Source: Gemmatimonadota bacterium
GTDB taxonomy: Bacteria > Gemmatimonadota > Gemmatimonadetes > Longimicrobiales > RSA9
NCBI GenBank assembly: GCA_040882575.1
Contig: JBBEBA010000077.1
Coordinates: 3,426-67,425 of the forward strand
DNA: 64,000 bases
Direction of reading: 5' to 3'
The notes under the pieces are model-generated. The model saw only the letters and a list, made by a program, of their open reading frames with translations, had not been told where the DNA came from and ran no database searches. The position numbers and the translations under genes were made by a program. How positions within the stretch are numbered: position 1 is the stretch's first letter; every line of letters starts with the position of its first letter. Of the stretch, positions 10,256-19,296 are shown one piece after another.

Positions 10256-10300
10256 CCGGAATCCCGGCATCCCGACCCGCGTACCACGCCTTCATACAGG

Positions 10301-10329
10301 TTGACTTGCCAGCGTTTACAGGGTATCCT
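10301..10329 (+). promoter_or_regulatory. Candidate sigma70-type promoter for the M23 peptidase gene
   Basis: TTGACT, 17-nt spacer, TATCCT, about 90 nt upstream of the start codon. Confidence 0.4.
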
Positions 10330-10419
10330 GGCGGCTGTTCGTCCCTGCCGACCGGCGGGTACGCCAAATGTTTCCTGTAGTCCGGCCCGTGCGGCGCCGC
10401 ACTTCGAACCAGGTTGTCG

Positions 10420-11355
10420 ATGGCACGACGTGAGTGGACGGTTGTAATCGTTTCGGACGATGGCGCCGGTGTCCGGCAGTTCCGCATGTCGCGGGAGCTG
10501 GCACGCGTGTGTGCGGCGCTGGGGTTGCTGCTGATAGCGGTGCTTGCGTCGCTGGCGACGGCGTTCCTGATCGGGGCGGGCGCGGGCCGTGCGGATGCGC
10601 GGCTGGTGTCGAAGAACCGGCTGCTGGAGCGGGAGCTGAGGGAGATCGTTACGCTGTCGGACACGCTGCAGCTGTCGCTGGAGAGTCTCGGCAGCAAGGA
10701 CGAGTACTACAGGCTGCTGGCGGGACTGGACCCGCTGGATGAGGACGTCCGGCGGGCGGGCATTGGCGGGCCGGACGGCAACGGTCTGGAGGAGAGCCCG
10801 CTGTACCTGGTGGATCGGTCGGTCGGCCGTCTCGCGCATGCGACGTCCGCGGACCTGAACACGCTGGTACGGCGGGCTCGTGTGCTGTCGCAGAGCTGGG
10901 GCGAGGCGCGGGAAACGCTGGCGGGCACGTACGCCAGGCTGAGCGCGACGCCGTCGATATTTCCGACGATGGGTTACGTGTCGAGCTCGTTCTCGGCTTC
11001 GCGTTGGCATCCAATACTGAACCGGCCGAGGCCTCACGCAGGGATCGACATTGTCGCGCCGCGCGGCACGCCGGTCGTGGCGTCGGCGAACGGGCGGGTT
11101 CGGACGGCCTCGCGGCAGGGCGATTTCGGCCTCATGGTGGAGATCGACCACGGCTTTGGCGTGGTTACGCGGTATGCGCACCTGTCCAGGGTGGGCGTGC
11201 GGGTCGGTGAGCGGGTGGAGCGCGGCGGACCGATCGGCAACGTGGGCGACACCGGCCTGGCGGTCGGTCCGCACCTGCACTACGAGGTGCTCGTCAACGG
11301 TCGCGCGGCGAACCCGCGCAGCTTTATTCTGGACATGAACGCAATACCGGATTGA
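10420..11355 (+). CDS. M23 family (LytM-type) metallopeptidase with an N-terminal membrane anchor
   Basis: HAGIDIVAPRGTPVVASANGRV...GNVGDTGLAVGPHLHYEVLVNG. ATG at 10420; an in-frame TTG at 10414 is also possible. Confidence 0.88.
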   Translation: MARREWTVVIVSDDGAGVRQFRMSRELARVCAALGLLLIAVLASLATAFLIGAGAGRADARLVSKNRLLERELREIVTLSDTLQLSLESLGSKDEYYRLLAGLDPLDEDVRRAGIGGPDGNGLEESPLYLVDRSVGRLAHATSADLNTLVRRARVLSQSWGEARETLAGTYARLSATPSIFPTMGYVSSSFSASRWHPILNRPRPHAGIDIVAPRGTPVVASANGRVRTASRQGDFGLMVEIDHGFGVVTRYAHLSRVGVRVGERVERGGPIGNVGDTGLAVGPHLHYEVLVNGRAANPRSFILDMNAIPD

Positions 11356-11368
11356 GGAGAGCAGCCCG

Positions 11369-12130
11369 ATGAAGCGAGTGATGTTGGCGGCGGCCGCGGC
11401 GAGCACGATGATGCTGGCGGCGTGCGGCGGCGGCGAGGTGGTGGTTCAGGCCCAGGTACAGGGCGAGGGTGAGCAGCCGGTCCCGCTCGGCGGCCTGCCA
11501 CTGCAAGTACTCCCCTACGATCGTGACGCGGTGTTCGACTCGCTCCAGTCGGCGTATTCCACACCGGAGCCGGAGATCCCGGCGCAGCTGTCGCTGCTGC
11601 AGGACTCGATCGCAACGGCGAACCAGGCCTGGACGCAGGCGACGGCGGACTGGAACGCGGCGCGCGACAGTCTCCAGCAGCTGAACTCGCGGCTGCAGGG
11701 GATGAGCCGGGCGAGCGGCGACTACATCGTTCTGTACCGGCAGGTGAACGAGCTGTTTGCGGAAGTCGATCGTGCGGAGGGAACGATGGACCGGGAGTTC
11801 GCGCGGTTCACGTCGCTGCAGGGCCGATACACGGCGCAGGCGGAGGAGACGCAGCGGACGCGTGAGCAGTGGGGCGACGCGGCATTCGCCGACGCGGACG
11901 TGGCACTCGGCGAGCGGCTCAAGGCGTCGCGGCGGCGGGAGCTCGCGGACACGACGGACGCGAACGGTCTGGCCCGCCTGACAGGCCTCAAGTCCGGGCA
12001 GTGGTGGATCCACGCCCGGTACGAGCTGCCCTTTGATGAGCTGTACTGGAACGTGCCGGTGACCGTCGAGGGCGACGTGGTACAGGTGCTGCTGACCCGG
12101 GAAACGGCAGAGGTGCGGCCGAAGCTGTAG
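11369..12130 (+). CDS. Hypothetical lipoprotein
   Basis: MKRVMLAAAAASTMMLAACGG (lipobox), GAGGAGA Shine-Dalgarno upstream, good GC3 signature. The middle is coiled-coil-like and the C-terminus is beta-rich. Confidence 0.6.
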   Translation: MKRVMLAAAAASTMMLAACGGGEVVVQAQVQGEGEQPVPLGGLPLQVLPYDRDAVFDSLQSAYSTPEPEIPAQLSLLQDSIATANQAWTQATADWNAARDSLQQLNSRLQGMSRASGDYIVLYRQVNELFAEVDRAEGTMDREFARFTSLQGRYTAQAEETQRTREQWGDAAFADADVALGERLKASRRRELADTTDANGLARLTGLKSGQWWIHARYELPFDELYWNVPVTVEGDVVQVLLTRETAEVRPKL

Positions 12131-12153
12131 CCTCGGCCGCGCCCGGAGCGCGG

Positions 12154-14316
12154 ATGACGATGAAGCCACAGGACCAGGCGGCGCTGACGCTCGAGATCTC
12201 GGGCGACGGCGTCGCCTGGCTAGTTTTCGACAGGCCGGACTCGAAGGTGAACATCCTGACGAGCGGTGTGATGGCGCGGCTGGATGCGCTGCTCGGCGAG
12301 GCGGAGCAGGCGGCGGCGGGCGGTCGCATGCGCGCGCTGGTCGTGCGCAGCGGCAAGGACGGCAGCTTCATCGCGGGCGCGGACGTCGCCGAGATCGTCG
12401 CGATCACGGATCCGGCCGAGGCGACGCGAGCGGCGGCGCGGGGGCAGCAGGTGTTCCGCCGCCTGGAGAACCTGCCGATTCCGACGGTCGCGGCTGTGGA
12501 TGGAACGTGTCTCGGCGGCGGTCTCGAGCTGATCCTCGCCTGTGACGCTCGCATCGCGAGCGATCGGCGGGAGACGAAGTTCGGGCTGCCGGAGGTGAAG
12601 CTGGGCATCATCCCGGGTTTCGGCGGCACTACGCGACTGCCGCGCCTGATCGGGCTGCGCAATGCGCTCGCAATGATCCTGACGGGCGCGAACGTGTCAG
12701 CCCGGAAGGCGCAGCGTACGGGCCTGATCTCCGAGCGGATGCATGCGGCGGTGCTGTACGAGCGAGCGCGTGTGCTCGCGCTCGACCTGGCCGAGCGCGG
12801 CCGCTCGGAAGGTGGGAAGCGGCCGCTGGTCTCGCGCGTGCTCGACGACACCGCAGTCGGCCGCCGGATCGTGCTGCGCCAGGCGCGTCGTCAGGTCATG
12901 AAGGAGACGCGCGGCCACTACCCCGCCCCGCTCCGCGCGCTCGACGTGGTGCGCCGCTCGAAGAAGCTGCCGCTGGACGAGGCGCTCGCGATCGAGGCCG
13001 AGGCGCTCGGCGAGCTGGTCGTCACCGACATCTCGAAGAACCTGATCCACGTCTTCCACCTGCTGGAGGGCGCGAAGAAGGCCGGCCCGCGGCTGCCGGC
13101 CGCAGAGCGGCCGCGTAACGTCCAGCGGGTGGCGGTGCTGGGGGCCGGCGTGATGGGCGGCGGCATCGCGCAGCTGCTGGCGTACCGCGATCTCGACGTG
13201 CGGCTTAAGGACATCAGCGCAGTCGCGCTCGGACTCGGGCTGAAGCACGCCCGGCAGATGTTCGACCGTCTGGTGAAGCGGGGCCGGCTCGAGCGGCGGG
13301 ATGCGGAGCGACACATGGATGCGATCGCGCCGACGCTCGACTACACCGGGTTCGGCACTGTGGATCTCGTGATCGAAGCGGTCGTCGAGCGCATGGACGT
13401 GAAGAAGCAGGTGCTGCGCGAGACCGAATCGCACGTCGGCCCGGACTGCGTGCTGACGACGAACACGTCGTCCCTGTCGATCACGGAGATGCAGGCAGCG
13501 CTGGAGCGGCCGGCCCTGTTCGCCGGGATGCATTTCTTCAACCCCGTGCATCGCATGCCGCTGGTGGAGGTGATCCGCGGCGCGCAGACGTCGGATGCAT
13601 GCGTGGCCGCGGTCGTGGCGGTCACGAAGCGGCTCGACAAGACACCCGTCGTCGTGAACGACGGGCCGGGCTTCCTCGTGAACCGCATTCTCGCGCCGTA
13701 CCTGAACGAGGCCGGCTGGCTGCTCGCGGACGGGGCGTCGATCGAGCAGGTCGACCGCGTGCTGCGCCGCTTCGGCATGCCGATGGGCGCGCTCCGTCTG
13801 CTCGACGAGGTCGGGTTGGATGTCGCGCGGCACGCCGGCGCCGTCATGGCTGAAGCGTTCGGCGAGCGGCTGCGGCCGCCGCCGACCATGACCGCGCTCG
13901 AGCAGACGAAGCTGCTCGGACGCAAGGGCGGACGCGGCTTCTACGTGTACGAGGACGGCCGCGAGAAGGGCGTGAACGAGGCCATTTACACCGACCTCGC
14001 ACCGGCACTCCCGCAGAAGCGTATCGAGCTGCCCGAGCAGGAGATCCTCGACCGCGCACTGCTCGCGATGGTGAACGAGGCAGCGCGCGTGCTGGAGGAT
14101 GGCATCGTCGCGACCGCGGAGGAGGTCGATCTCGGCATGATCACGGGGACAGGTTTCCCGCCGTTCCGCGGCGGTCTGCTGCGCTGGGCCGACTCGCTCG
14201 GCACGGAGGAGGTGCTGCGCCGCCTGGAGCAGCTGTCGGCTCGGCACGGGGCCAGGTTCGCGCCCGCACCACTGATCCGCGAGCGGGCGGCCGCACGACG
14301 CGACTTCTACGGGTGA
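12154..14316 (+). CDS. Bifunctional enoyl-CoA hydratase / 3-hydroxyacyl-CoA dehydrogenase (FadB/FadJ type)
   Basis: 720 aa. Crotonase block FIAGADV...GGGLELILACD, then an NAD-binding block VAVLGAGVMGGGIA and the 3-HCDH C-terminal domains. Confidence 0.9.
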   Translation: MTMKPQDQAALTLEISGDGVAWLVFDRPDSKVNILTSGVMARLDALLGEAEQAAAGGRMRALVVRSGKDGSFIAGADVAEIVAITDPAEATRAAARGQQVFRRLENLPIPTVAAVDGTCLGGGLELILACDARIASDRRETKFGLPEVKLGIIPGFGGTTRLPRLIGLRNALAMILTGANVSARKAQRTGLISERMHAAVLYERARVLALDLAERGRSEGGKRPLVSRVLDDTAVGRRIVLRQARRQVMKETRGHYPAPLRALDVVRRSKKLPLDEALAIEAEALGELVVTDISKNLIHVFHLLEGAKKAGPRLPAAERPRNVQRVAVLGAGVMGGGIAQLLAYRDLDVRLKDISAVALGLGLKHARQMFDRLVKRGRLERRDAERHMDAIAPTLDYTGFGTVDLVIEAVVERMDVKKQVLRETESHVGPDCVLTTNTSSLSITEMQAALERPALFAGMHFFNPVHRMPLVEVIRGAQTSDACVAAVVAVTKRLDKTPVVVNDGPGFLVNRILAPYLNEAGWLLADGASIEQVDRVLRRFGMPMGALRLLDEVGLDVARHAGAVMAEAFGERLRPPPTMTALEQTKLLGRKGGRGFYVYEDGREKGVNEAIYTDLAPALPQKRIELPEQEILDRALLAMVNEAARVLEDGIVATAEEVDLGMITGTGFPPFRGGLLRWADSLGTEEVLRRLEQLSARHGARFAPAPLIRERAAARRDFYG

Positions 14317-14864
14317 CGATCCGGATCCACTATACCCGTCCGCCAGACCGGACCACGGTCTTCCGCCAGCATCTGGTTCACCGCACGGGCGACTGCGCCG
14401 TCACTCTGATGGAGCACGCGGAGCTGACAGGTGCGGTGCGCGCGGGCGGCCGCGTCATCCTGGAGCCCGGCGCCCCGGTGGTATGGTTCACGTTCGACGA
14501 CGCGTGGCACGACATCGGCCGGTTCCACACGACGGCAGGTGCGTTCACCGGCTGTTACGCGAACATCCTGACGCCCGTCGAGTTCCGCGCGCCGGACGAA
14601 TGGCACACGACGGACCTGTTCCTCGATGTATGGGCAGGCGCGGACGGCACGGTGCTGCTGCTGGACGAGGCGGAGCTCGATCGGTCGATCGCTGCCGGGG
14701 CCGTCGATGCGCGACTCGCGACGACAGCCATCCAGGAGGCGCAGCGGCTGCTCGCGGCCGCACGCTCCGGTACCTGGCCGCCACCGATCGTCGCCGATTG
14801 GACCCTCGACAGGGCGCGCGCCGCGCTCGCGCGTGGCGGCACACGGGACGCCGACGGGGTGTAG
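14313..14864 (+). CDS. DUF402-family protein (Ntdp/FomD-like putative nucleoside di/triphosphatase)
   Basis: GTG start overlaps the fadB/J stop (GTGA). The pattern ...WFTFDDAWHDIGRFH...GCYANILTP...TTDLFLDVW...LLDEAEL resembles DUF402. Confidence 0.55.
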   Translation: MTIRIHYTRPPDRTTVFRQHLVHRTGDCAVTLMEHAELTGAVRAGGRVILEPGAPVVWFTFDDAWHDIGRFHTTAGAFTGCYANILTPVEFRAPDEWHTTDLFLDVWAGADGTVLLLDEAELDRSIAAGAVDARLATTAIQEAQRLLAAARSGTWPPPIVADWTLDRARAALARGGTRDADGV

Positions 14865-14872
14865 ATCACCGC

Positions 14873-15547
14873 ATGCTGAATTCGCTATGGAGCCGTGCGG
14901 CACTGTGTGCGTCGCTATTGCTGGTGGCGCGGGCCGCGTTCCCGGCGCCGGCCGCCGCGCAGGACGCTGCGCACACGCGCCTGCTCGAGAGTGCCGCGGC
15001 GGGGCGCACGAAGGGCGCCGAATCTGCAACGGTGCTGATCTACGAGATCGCCGATTTCCAGTGCCCCTACTGCGCGCAGTTCGCCAACGATGTGTTCCCG
15101 CAGATCGACAGCGCCTACGTCGCGACGGGCCGTGTGCAGTGGGTGTTCGTGAACCTGCCGATGCCGTCGCATACGAATGCGTGGCTCGCAGCGGAGGCGG
15201 CGCTCTGCGCCGGCGCTGTGTCCGGCAGGTTCTGGGCGATGCACGACCGGCTCTTCGCCGCTGGCATCGAGTGGTCCGCGGCCGCGAACCCCGGTCCGTC
15301 GTTCACGCTGTACGCGCAGCAGGCGGGTGTAGCAATGGAAGCGTATCAGACGTGCGTCGCGCAGGACCGCATGGCGCCGCTGATTCTGCAGGACGTGATC
15401 TTCGGGTCGCGCGTGACGGGGACGCCGACGTTCCTGGTCAACAACGCGAAGACCATCGTCGGCGTGAAGTCGTTCGAGGAGTGGCGGGAGATCCTGGATG
15501 CGGAGCTGAAGAAGGAGCCGCCGCGGCGGGATCAGCCCTCGCGGTAG
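14873..15547 (+). CDS. Secreted DsbA-family thiol:disulfide oxidoreductase
   Basis: Internal ATG at 14873 gives a signal peptide (MLNSLWSRAALCASLLLVARAAFPAPAAAQ). Thioredoxin motif FQCPYCAQF. The N-terminal 130 aa of track ORF 14483.. overlap the DUF402 gene. Confidence 0.85.
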   Translation: MLNSLWSRAALCASLLLVARAAFPAPAAAQDAAHTRLLESAAAGRTKGAESATVLIYEIADFQCPYCAQFANDVFPQIDSAYVATGRVQWVFVNLPMPSHTNAWLAAEAALCAGAVSGRFWAMHDRLFAAGIEWSAAANPGPSFTLYAQQAGVAMEAYQTCVAQDRMAPLILQDVIFGSRVTGTPTFLVNNAKTIVGVKSFEEWREILDAELKKEPPRRDQPSR

Positions 15548-15580
15548 GCGACCAGGTTCCGCGGGTCCCCTGCGCGTCAC

Positions 15581-16009
15581 TCATGAGGGGCTCCGGAGCC
15601 GCCGCAGCTCCGGCAGAGTGAAGAGGAAGATGAGCGCTGCGAGCACCGCAGAAACGATGCACCACTGGCACCATGCGCGGATCACCGCTGCCTCCAGATA
15701 CGTCAGGTACGCCGAGAACAGCACGCCGATGACCGCTGCGGCGCTGAGGATGCCGGCAATGCGCCGGTCGCCGTCGAAGCGCGGCTGCAGCCCCGCGATG
15801 GCGGCGGCGAACAGGGCGCCGTAGCCGGCGAGGCCGATCAGCGGAACGGGCACTCCCAGGAACGCCGCCCAGGGCGAGTTCTGCACCGTCTCGCAACCGC
15901 CCGATCCGCACATGATCGTTCCCAGCAGGCCGAACCTGTACGCGCTCATGTACGCCGAGATCAGGAATCCGACGAGCGCGAGCAGTGCGACCGCCATCCG
16001 GTTCAGCAT
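15581..16009 (-). CDS. Vitamin K epoxide reductase (VKOR) family membrane protein
   Basis: 142 aa with 4 TM segments, a loop Cys pair CGSGGC and the active-site CQWC in the last helix. Confidence 0.85.
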   Translation of the reverse strand: MLNRMAVALLALVGFLISAYMSAYRFGLLGTIMCGSGGCETVQNSPWAAFLGVPVPLIGLAGYGALFAAAIAGLQPRFDGDRRIAGILSAAAVIGVLFSAYLTYLEAAVIRAWCQWCIVSAVLAALIFLFTLPELRRLRSPS

Positions 16010-16012
16010 GCG

Positions 16013-16732
16013 TCAGACGCCGCCGGCCGCCTGGATCGCTGCCTTCACGGCGTTGTAGTCGTTCCAGTCGCGGACCTGCCGACCGTTCAGGAACACAGTA
16101 GGCGTAGCGGCGACGCCGAGTGTCTCGCCGAGCAGTCGGTTCGCCGTCACGACCTCGGCGTGCTCGTCACTGCGCAGGCAGCGCTCGAACGCGGCAGCAT
16201 CGAGGCCGATGTCGGAGGCGATCTGGAGGAACTGATCCGTCGGCACGGTCGCGCTGTAGCTCCAGTCCCGCTGCCGGCCGAACAGGTGGTCGTGGAACTC
16301 CCAGAAGCGGCTCTGATCGCCCGAGCAGCGCGCGGCCCGCGATGCGACGAACGAGTAGCGGTGGTTGCCGCCGAGCGGGAAGTCGTAGTACGTGAGCCGG
16401 ACCTTCCCGGTCTCGATGAACTCCTGCTTCAGCAGCGGCTCGATCTGCCCCGCCCATACGCCGCACGCCGGACACATGTAATCACTGAACACGAGGATCT
16501 GCACGGGGGCGTCCGGCTCGCCGAGGTCCATGCCCTGCGCCCGCTCGAGCAGCGTGCCGGCATCGCCCATCTGCTCCAGCTCCAGCGGCTCCGTCGCCAT
16601 GCCTGCGCTATTCGAACGGGCATACAGGATGCCACCCACGCCCACGACCGCGACGATGGCGAGCACCGTGTAGAAGACCTTCATGTTCCCGGCGCTCGAC
16701 TGCGCCTTCGCCTTCGCTTTCTTCGCCGCCAC
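16013..16732 (-). CDS. Membrane-anchored DsbA-family thioredoxin-fold protein
   Basis: YMCPACGVW thioredoxin motif and a TM anchor (VFYTVLAIVAVVGVGGILY). GTG at 16732 follows AGGAGGA; the alternative ATG is at 16684. It sits 3 nt from the VKOR start. Confidence 0.82.
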   Translation of the reverse strand: MAAKKAKAKAQSSAGNMKVFYTVLAIVAVVGVGGILYARSNSAGMATEPLELEQMGDAGTLLERAQGMDLGEPDAPVQILVFSDYMCPACGVWAGQIEPLLKQEFIETGKVRLTYYDFPLGGNHRYSFVASRAARCSGDQSRFWEFHDHLFGRQRDWSYSATVPTDQFLQIASDIGLDAAAFERCLRSDEHAEVVTANRLLGETLGVAATPTVFLNGRQVRDWNDYNAVKAAIQAAGGV

Positions 16733-16803
16733 GACTCCTCCTGGGAACGGTTCCGTTCGAGATCGCAAGCTATAACGACTGCATACCCCGCGAAAGCAGC
16801 GGC

Positions 16804-17499
16804 TCAGCAGAGGATCGTATCGACTACGGAAGCGGTGTCGGTGAGGTCGGCGAAGACGGCGGCAGCGCCCGCTTCCCTCAGCTCGACCGGTCCGAACCGG
16901 CCCGTCGCGACGCCGATCGCGCGTGCACCCAATGCGCGGCCGCACGTGACGTCGCTCGGCGTGTCGCCGATGATGACGATGTCGCTGCGCGTGAAGCCGA
17001 CGCCCGTGATCTCCCGCGCGCGGTCCACGGCGACCGGCGGCAGGCCGTCACGGTGCTCGCAGTCGGAGCCGAACGCGCCGACGCGGAACTCGTGACGGAT
17101 CCCGGCGGAGCCGAGCTTCAGTGCCGCGCCGTGCTGGATGTTGCCCGTCAGCAGACCCAGCACGACGTCGTCGCGGCGGCGGTCCAGGTCGTCGAGCAGC
17201 GGGAATATGCCGGGCAGCACGGTGGTCCGGTGCGACGGCCGGGCCAGCTCGCTGCCGAGCTCGCGCAGGTAGGTGCGCCACAGGACGGGCAGCCCGTTCG
17301 TGACCGCTGCATCCGGCAGCCCCGCCACGGCCAGCAGCTCGCGCGCGATCTGCGGATCCGTCTTGCCGTCGAACCGGTGCGTGGCGATCGGGCCGGCCGT
17401 GCCGTACACTTCCAGCATCGCCCGGTGGAACGCACGACGCGGCGCACCGTCTGCAGTGAGCAGCGTGCCGTCAATGTCGAACAGAACGAGTCGCTTCAT
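16804..17499 (-). CDS. HAD-superfamily hydrolase (phosphoglycolate phosphatase-like)
   Basis: Internal ATG at 17499 gives MKRLVLFDIDGTLL...LLTGN...IIGDTPSDV. The upstream ORF extension has no support. Confidence 0.8.
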   Translation of the reverse strand: MKRLVLFDIDGTLLTADGAPRRAFHRAMLEVYGTAGPIATHRFDGKTDPQIARELLAVAGLPDAAVTNGLPVLWRTYLRELGSELARPSHRTTVLPGIFPLLDDLDRRRDDVVLGLLTGNIQHGAALKLGSAGIRHEFRVGAFGSDCEHRDGLPPVAVDRAREITGVGFTRSDIVIIGDTPSDVTCGRALGARAIGVATGRFGPVELREAGAAAVFADLTDTASVVDTILC

Positions 17500-17521
17500 G
17501 TCGATAGCGTAGGTCTGCAAC

Positions 17522-18631
17522 GTGAAAGTGTGGAAACGGCTGCTCGCGGCGATTCCGCTCGCGCTCGTCGGCGCGATCTGGTTCTTCACCATCGCGCTGC
17601 CCTGGCCCGTCCTGCTGCGCTTCCGCGACCCGGACACGTCGGCCGTGATGCGACAGCGTATCGCCGAAGCCCGCTCGCGGGGCGAAGAACTCGACATCGC
17701 TCAGGAATGGGTGCCGCTCGACCGGATATCCGACCACCTGCAGCGGGCCGTCATCGTCGCGGAGGACGGCAATTTCCGCGAGCACGACGGCATCGACTGG
17801 GCCGCGCTGCGCGACGAGTTCCAGTACGAAGGCGACGACGATTTCTCGTGGCTCGACGGCGCCGACCGGCGCGCTCTGCTCGCCTCACTCGATTACTACC
17901 GCAACAACCGCGACAAGGTTCGCGGCCGCAGCACGATCACGCAACAGCTCGCCAAGAACCTGTATTACTCGACCGATCGCTCCGTGGTCCGCAAGCTCGA
18001 GGAGTTCATGGTCGCGCGCCGCCTTGAGACCTTCCTGTCCAAGGACCGCATCCTGGAGATCTACCTGAACGTCGTCGAGTGGGGTCCGGGTATTTTCGGC
18101 GCGGAGGCCGCCGCGCAGGAGTACTTCGGCACCTCCGCCGGCGGCCTGACCGCCTTCCAGGCAGCATCCCTCGCCGCGACCCTGCCACACCCGCTCACCT
18201 CGAACCCCGACCGCCAGCCCGGCCGCATGGCCTGGCGCCGCGACATGATCCTCGCCCGCATGGGCGGCAGCGGGCCGGTGCAGACCGTGCCGCTCGGGCC
18301 CGACACGCCCGACGACGAGGCCGAGGCGCAGGACTCCACCCGGCCTCTGGGCGAGCCGGTGCACGCGGACTCCGCTGCGGAGCAGGATGAAGGCGCCAAC
18401 GTGGAGATCGAGGCGGATACGGCGGTGGCGGAGGTGGACTCGGCGGGCGGGGGAGGTCCGCTCCCGGTTGGGCACTCCGGGCCTCAGCCCACCTCGACGC
18501 GTGCGGGAACGCGGGCGTACCGGTGGACTGCTTCGCGGAGGGCCAGGAACAGGAGCCGGTCGGGGTCACTGGCCGGGGCGGCGGCTTCGTTGCGCTCGGG
18601 ATGCCACTGGACGCCGAGTAGCCAGGGATAG
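17522..18631 (+). CDS. mtgA: Monofunctional peptidoglycan glycosyltransferase (GT51) with a long disordered C-terminal tail
   Basis: AVIVAEDGNFREHDGIDW...RGRSTITQQLAKNLY...RKLEEFMVARRLE...ILEIYLNVVEWGPGIFG. The last ~49 codons are antisense to the conserved 3' end of the convergent gene. Confidence 0.85.
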   Translation: MKVWKRLLAAIPLALVGAIWFFTIALPWPVLLRFRDPDTSAVMRQRIAEARSRGEELDIAQEWVPLDRISDHLQRAVIVAEDGNFREHDGIDWAALRDEFQYEGDDDFSWLDGADRRALLASLDYYRNNRDKVRGRSTITQQLAKNLYYSTDRSVVRKLEEFMVARRLETFLSKDRILEIYLNVVEWGPGIFGAEAAAQEYFGTSAGGLTAFQAASLAATLPHPLTSNPDRQPGRMAWRRDMILARMGGSGPVQTVPLGPDTPDDEAEAQDSTRPLGEPVHADSAAEQDEGANVEIEADTAVAEVDSAGGGGPLPVGHSGPQPTSTRAGTRAYRWTASRRARNRSRSGSLAGAAASLRSGCHWTPSSQG

Positions 18632-19293
18632 TTTTCGTGCTCGATCGCCTCGACCAGGCCGTCGGCCGCCCGCGCGACCACGCGCAGCCCGTCCCCGATG
18701 TCCTTCACGGCCTGGTGGTGGAAGGAGTTGATGTGGAGCTGCTCCGTGCCGACGATGTCGCAGAGCATCGAGTCGGATGCGACCGACGCGGGGTGTGACC
18801 GCTTGTCCCACGGCTCCGTCTGTTCGTGGATCAGGTCGCCCGGCCGCTCGGTGCCGATATCCTGATAGAGCGTTCCGCCGAAGTGCACGTTCAGCACCTG
18901 CGCGCCGCGGCAGATGCCGAACACCGGCATGCGCCGCTCGATAGCGCAGCCGAGCGCACGGAACTCCATCTCGTCGCGCGCCGGCGCAACCGAGCCCAGC
19001 GCCGGACTGGGCTCCTCGCCGTACCGCGCCGGATCCACGTCCTCGCCGCCGCTCAGCACCAGCCCGCAGCTCACATCCATGAGCGCCGCGATGGCGGCGG
19101 GCGAGTGGGACGGCGTGATCAGCACGGGAGCGAGGCCGATCTGTTCGAGCGCGTGGATGTAGCTCGTGTAGAGGAAGATGGCGGGTCGCTTGTGCGAGCC
19201 TGCGCCCGCTTCGACGCTGGCGGTGACTGCGACCCGGATCGGATGCTGCTGCAGTGGATCCTCCCTGCTCGGTGCGGGCGCGTCGCGGGGCAA
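18484..19293 (-). CDS. Class I glutamine amidotransferase / gamma-glutamyl hydrolase (peptidase C26, PuuD-like)
   Basis: PVFGICRGAQVLNVHFGGTLYQDI...INSFHHQAV...GVQWHPE. The apparent start is TTG at 19293, 3 nt after the upstream stop. Confidence 0.85.
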   Translation of the reverse strand: MPRDAPAPSREDPLQQHPIRVAVTASVEAGAGSHKRPAIFLYTSYIHALEQIGLAPVLITPSHSPAAIAALMDVSCGLVLSGGEDVDPARYGEEPSPALGSVAPARDEMEFRALGCAIERRMPVFGICRGAQVLNVHFGGTLYQDIGTERPGDLIHEQTEPWDKRSHPASVASDSMLCDIVGTEQLHINSFHHQAVKDIGDGLRVVARAADGLVEAIEHENYPWLLGVQWHPERNEAAAPASDPDRLLFLALREAVHRYARVPARVEVG

Positions 19294-19296
19294 GCT

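Noticed and set aside
8353-11406. 1017-aa minus-strand ORF, the longest of many similar ones (e.g. 6000..7622, 12697..14247, 31010..33682, 42761..44503, 58731..61397)
   Set aside because: Each is antisense to a gene with unmistakable conserved motifs (metG, accA, fadB/J, hisD-hisC, the EAL protein, leuS). Each is extremely Arg/Ala/Pro/Gly-rich with no recognisable domain. They are the expected stop-free antisense frames of a very GC-rich genome.
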